From an uncultured Flavobacteriales bacterium (lineage in GTDB: Bacteria; Bacteroidota; Bacteroidia; Flavobacteriales_C; GCA-002722245): a stretch of DNA of 64,000 nt. Positions 60,107 through 64,000 of the stretch are shown piece after piece. Position numbers and translations under genes: made by a program. The stretch's first letter is position 1. Every line of letters starts with the position of its first letter. The stretch lies in contig CAJJCC010000018.1 in the NCBI GenBank assembly GCA_905182585.1, forward strand, positions 34,857 to 98,856. Reading direction: 5' to 3'. Under the pieces are notes generated by a model. The model made no database searches and had not been told where the DNA came from. It saw nothing but the letters and a program-made list of their open reading frames with translations.

Positions 60107-63100
60107 AATAACAATTGAACTTGCATATTTCCAGTATGAACAATTTTGGCTGTTTCGGAAGCTCTTCCTTCATACATAAAAGTCAGTTGGAGGTTGTTTT
60201 TGTAAGCGCGTTGGTAGCGCGTTTGCCAAGTGTAATTGGTTCCAATTTGAAAACCTTCTAACATATCGAATAAAAGCGGAGAGGTGTTGTTTTCATCTCC
60301 AGAAAATGTTGTTGCGATGTAATCAAAACTTGCTGATGTTCTTCCTTTTGTAAGCATGTTGTAAGTTAATTCAATTCCTAATTTATTAAATGTCGCTTTT
60401 TCTCCTCCTAAAGATTTACTATTTAATTTGTTTTTTAAGGCTCCACTAACTGTTGTTCTAAAGCTAGATCCTTTTTGGTAACTCAATTTAGGTTCCATTA
60501 CATAGGAATCAATTTGATAATTCTGTTCGTCAAAGTATTGTGAGATTCTGGATTTTTGATTGAGCTCAGCAGTGTTTTTTAAAGTAAACTTTTTAAGTAA
60601 ATTCCATCTTAAGTTAATGGAATGGGCTTTTAGTTCTCTTGCTTCAAAACCACTTGTAAGAACCGATTTACTTTGGTTTTGCCTAAAGGAGTAATTCGTT
60701 CCAAAGGTTGGGTTACTTCTGTTGAAGTACATTGTATTTCTAACGGAGGAAGAGATGGATATCAAACTGGTATCCGCAATACTATTTTGGAAAGGAACTT
60801 GAAATCGTTGCTCCTGATCTTTTGAAATTTTCTGATCTAATTTCATTATAAACTGGTTATTGAATCTCGTCAATAGCTTTTTCGTTTTTGTGTCTCTTTT
60901 ATAAAATTTCGCAGGGCTTAAGTTGAAGGACTGATTGAATTTGTTGTTATACGTTTTAATAAAATCAGTAGTTGGAAGAAATACCCTTACAAAATTAGCT
61001 TGATCGGAAAATTGTGCAATTTGAAACTCATTTATATCTTGAATAGAGTCATTGTCACTGTCCAGCCATGTGTACTGACCTTGTCCAGGATTAACTTCTA
61101 CATATTGGTATTGCCTTTTCAATTCACTTCCTGATGCGATTTCAAAGAAAGAATTAGACTGTAACATCCCTTTCCAAAGTTTGAATTTATAATCAATTCT
61201 ATTTAAAAAAGTGTTTTCGGGGTCTTGTGAAACCAATTCGGAATTATTTATTTCCAGCTCTCTATAAGTAGAGTTCCATAAGAACTTAGTTCCTTTTTTG
61301 TTGCCGAATTGAAAGTTTGCACCAGCATTATTGGCTGTTGTTATTTTATTTAATTCATTGTTAAACGGAGTGTAATCAGTTCGTTGATTCCAATTTACTT
61401 TAAAGGTGATTTTTTCACTTTTTTTAATTGCTAATTCAGATCCATAAACTGTATATCGGAATGAGGTTGGAGATAATGTGTCTGGTATTATATTAACTGT
61501 TTGATTATTTTCCTCCTCTTCCCATATTTTAAGTGAAAGCCCTTTTTTTATTTGCTGAGTAATACTTATTTGGTGTCTTAAAAAAGAACTCCCAATTGTA
61601 GATCCTTCCGAATTTAAGAAGCTACCGGTTCCTGTGAATTTAGCACTTTCCCAAAGTTTTGTGTTTAAGTTTGCGCCAGATTTTAATCCGTAATATTCAG
61701 TTTTACGGTCTAAATATGAAACGTTAACTCCAGCGATTTTTTTATTATTTAATGCATAATTCCAATTCCAACCCAGAATTTGTTCGGTATTTTTGGCTGA
61801 TGTATTCGCTAAATTGAAATCCCTAGTAAATTCAACATCACGAAACCGTTCAATTGATTTAAACTTTTTGTTGATGATTTGATAACTTATTTGGTGTTGC
61901 GATTTATACAAGGGTGCTAATGAATCTTTAGACTTCCCTTTAAAATATTTCGTATTCTTTAAATGCGTTTTTAAAGCAATTCCTTGGTCATCCTCCTTGT
62001 GTTGTTTTGAAAACAGGTTTTGATTTTGATTACTAAAAGCAGTTTCGAAAAAGAGCTCTGTTTTTTTATTAAGATTATAATTCGTCCCAATCGTTAACAT
62101 TTGTTGTTGTTTTGGAGCCATTAGCTGGATTAATGGTTCATAATCACCCTGTGGAACACCATCGATGGGAGGAATCCATTCATAAACTCTACCATTTGCC
62201 GAAGTTGTATTCGATAGTATGTAATAACCCTTACCAGTTCCTACATTACTAAATCCGAGGGAATAAATAGCGCTATCAGGGTCTGTACTGTATTCATAAT
62301 AAGTATAAGGGATAGATGAAATTGTTGTGTCTTGCGGTTTATAAAGAACTTGGCTTGTTGTATATTCTACCGTGTCAATTCTTAGTGAAATAGCATTTTG
62401 TAAACTATCTCCTACGTTAATTAGTAACGTTTTTTGTTCGTCAGAAAGACTCTGTTGTAGTTGTTGAAACTTCATGTCTTGCTCAGAATAAAAATTCACA
62501 AAGAATCCCCCTTTTTCATTTTTAATTACGTTTGAAGCGTTAAAAAGTGATCGACCGTAATTTTGATCTGAGTATTGAAATTCAACAACAATCCTTTTGT
62601 CTTTTGTAATAATTTGATTGGTTGTAAAAGTTAACTCGGCTGAGTTATAATCAATGGTATAATCTCCATCCATTCCTCTTTGAAGTAACTTCCCATCAAT
62701 GTAAACTCGCTCCGTTCCTGATAGAATAATTATGAAGCGTTCATTCTCCGTTCCAACTAATTTATAAGGCCCCTGGTTTCCTTCAATTCCAATAATACTG
62801 TTTCGAGAAAATTTCCCGCGAGATAATGCAGCATCTGCTTTTACTTGATATTCGGCTTTCTTCCCAAATAGTTTCGTTTCGTATAGTCCCTCGTAGCTTA
62901 ATCCTTGAGCTTTTTTATTAAACTTCAAGAATTGATCTTCATTTTGTACTGTTTGGAAATCTCCGGCTATAATTTTTTGACCGTCTTTCGAAAATTGAAC
63001 AAAAACTTTGTCAAATTCCTGTAGTGTTTGTGTGTTCCCTTGTGGCTGAATAGGAATGTTATTATCCGTTACCGCAGCCAATATTTCAACTCCTTGAAAG

Positions 63101-63603
63101 GTTCCTGATAGCTGAAGGTTTAGATTTGAGTTTAGAGATAAATCTCGGTTGGTTCCTATGTTTATACCTCTGGAGATACTCCCCCCTTTTTTTAAACTAC
63201 TTTCTCCAAATAAATCACCCCTAGTAATCTCACTCGAGTTATACTTGTATGGATTTCGGGTTAATAGTTTTCCTTTTCTGGAGGTTGAATCACTTGGAAA
63301 ACGATTTTGAACGGAACTAGAAAAGTTAATTGGGAAAACTTTGTATACAATAGTCACTGAATCTATAGGTGCGTTTTTGAAATAAAGTTGACTTTTAAAA
63401 TCATCGATTTTGTAAAAAAGTGTATCTAAAGCTTTAATTTGAAGGCTTCCTGGTATTATTGATAAAGAGTCAATCTTGATCGAATCATTTGTAGGTATCT
63501 TTTTAACACGAATATTGCTAAAGTCGTTTTGCCCAAAGCTTTGCGTAACCGCTAGGGTTATCAATAATATAAGGTGATATTTTAGGCGTTTCAGAGAATT
63601 CAA
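60103..63603 (-). CDS. Large outer-membrane protein (1166 aa; signal peptide, Asn/Ser/Thr/Tyr-rich beta-strand-rich body, C-terminal aromatic residue), function unknown
   Basis: Signal peptide LAVTQSFGQ, pervasive amphipathic beta-strand pattern, ends ...QVQLLF. Confidence 0.45.
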   Translation of the reverse strand: MNSLKRLKYHLILLITLAVTQSFGQNDFSNIRVKKIPTNDSIKIDSLSIIPGSLQIKALDTLFYKIDDFKSQLYFKNAPIDSVTIVYKVFPINFSSSVQNRFPSDSTSRKGKLLTRNPYKYNSSEITRGDLFGESSLKKGGSISRGINIGTNRDLSLNSNLNLQLSGTFQGVEILAAVTDNNIPIQPQGNTQTLQEFDKVFVQFSKDGQKIIAGDFQTVQNEDQFLKFNKKAQGLSYEGLYETKLFGKKAEYQVKADAALSRGKFSRNSIIGIEGNQGPYKLVGTENERFIIILSGTERVYIDGKLLQRGMDGDYTIDYNSAELTFTTNQIITKDKRIVVEFQYSDQNYGRSLFNASNVIKNEKGGFFVNFYSEQDMKFQQLQQSLSDEQKTLLINVGDSLQNAISLRIDTVEYTTSQVLYKPQDTTISSIPYTYYEYSTDPDSAIYSLGFSNVGTGKGYYILSNTTSANGRVYEWIPPIDGVPQGDYEPLIQLMAPKQQQMLTIGTNYNLNKKTELFFETAFSNQNQNLFSKQHKEDDQGIALKTHLKNTKYFKGKSKDSLAPLYKSQHQISYQIINKKFKSIERFRDVEFTRDFNLANTSAKNTEQILGWNWNYALNNKKIAGVNVSYLDRKTEYYGLKSGANLNTKLWESAKFTGTGSFLNSEGSTIGSSFLRHQISITQQIKKGLSLKIWEEEENNQTVNIIPDTLSPTSFRYTVYGSELAIKKSEKITFKVNWNQRTDYTPFNNELNKITTANNAGANFQFGNKKGTKFLWNSTYRELEINNSELVSQDPENTFLNRIDYKFKLWKGMLQSNSFFEIASGSELKRQYQYVEVNPGQGQYTWLDSDNDSIQDINEFQIAQFSDQANFVRVFLPTTDFIKTYNNKFNQSFNLSPAKFYKRDTKTKKLLTRFNNQFIMKLDQKISKDQEQRFQVPFQNSIADTSLISISSSVRNTMYFNRSNPTFGTNYSFRQNQSKSVLTSGFEARELKAHSINLRWNLLKKFTLKNTAELNQKSRISQYFDEQNYQIDSYVMEPKLSYQKGSSFRTTVSGALKNKLNSKSLGGEKATFNKLGIELTYNMLTKGRTSASFDYIATTFSGDENNTSPLLFDMLEGFQIGTNYTWQTRYQRAYKNNLQLTFMYEGRASETAKIVHTGNMQVQLLF

Positions 63604-63767
63604 ATTGCTAAAAAAAGAATAACGAAAATATGCTTTACAAATTATAAGTAAAGTTACTGTATTACGATTTGAATCAACGAATTACACACTAGGATGTTAG
63701 TAAGATATGAGTTCGGCAAAATCTATGTAGGTTTAAGACCGTTACATTTGTAGAGTATAATTTTATA

Positions 63768-64000
63768 ATGAAAAATATATTTAAAATATTATTAATTTCA
63801 GGAGTGGTAGGAACAAGCATTTCTAGTTGTGTTCCTAAACGTAAATTGGACGATGTTACGGCAAACTACGATGCTGAAAAAGCAAAATCACAGGAGCTAC
63901 ATTCCCAAAACGTAAAACTTGAAGGAGAGAAGAACGAGTTAGATGCTCAGACTTTGGATATGAGTAAGCGAATGAGTTATCTTAAAAAAGATACCGCTAT
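63768..64000 (+). CDS. Lipoprotein with coiled-coil N-terminal region, N-terminal part only (runs off the window end)
   Basis: MKNIFKILLISGVVGTSISSC lipobox then heptad-like charged sequence; a TACATTTG -7-like element 22 nt upstream. Confidence 0.4.
   Translation, partial: MKNIFKILLISGVVGTSISSCVPKRKLDDVTANYDAEKAKSQELHSQNVKLEGEKNELDAQTLDMSKRMSYLKKDTA

Noticed and set aside
1-64000. CRISPR arrays, IS elements, integrons, prophage blocks
   Set aside because: No regularly spaced direct repeats, transposase or integrase ORFs, or phage structural genes are detectable. The only repeat structures are hairpin terminators, the MraZ boxes, and short palindromes.

Overview
This looks like a 64-kb stretch of core chromosome from a low-GC Flavobacteriia (phylum Bacteroidota) genome. 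The call rests on recognisable gliding-motility / type IX secretion (T9SS) genes and on promoter -7 elements of the Bacteroidetes TAnnTTTG type; I see no mobile-element hallmarks and no CRISPR array. The recognisable genes, in order, are: a tRNA-Cys; apbC/mrp plus a NifU-like gene; a two-subunit 2-oxoglutarate:ferredoxin oxidoreductase (korAB); an MMPL/RND exporter; rfbA, an SDR epimerase and a polyprenyl synthase; an M23 peptidase; dnaG; gldC-gldB divergent from a beta-barrel outer-membrane gene and nadE; aroQ, dtd and rsgA; a GldA-like ABC ATPase; metK; an orphan GldM/PorM-family gene; a PaaE-like reductase; a PlsC-like acyltransferase; an XRE/S24 LexA-like repressor next to mfd; an LD-carboxypeptidase; engB; a T9SS-sorted cargo protein; and a nearly complete dcw cluster (mraZ-rsmH-ftsL-ftsI-murE-mraY-murD-ftsW-murG-murC-ftsQ-ftsA-ftsZ; murF absent), followed by ddl and a 1166-aa outer-membrane protein. 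Features the annotation does not explain, and which deserve follow-up, are listed here. (1) A standalone paralog of the MurD C-terminal domain sits between murD and ftsW. (2) A tandem, translationally coupled pair of paralogous 297-aa lipoproteins of unknown family lies in an operon-like run with engB and a two-TM bacterial-PH (bPH2-like) membrane protein. (3) The GldM-like gene has no gldK/L/N partners, its own terminator, and a 720-bp structured non-coding leader. (4) Three tandem paralogous small lipoproteins ending in VTGE lie just after ftsZ. (5) Two sets of phased GTGG(G/T) direct repeats (10-bp periodicity) upstream of mraZ look like MraZ operators. (6) There are several palindromic candidate operators and one perfect 20-bp inverted repeat. 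(7) A membrane protein with an internal duplication is translationally coupled to nadE. All calls come from reading the sequence and the ORF translations only; no database searches were run.
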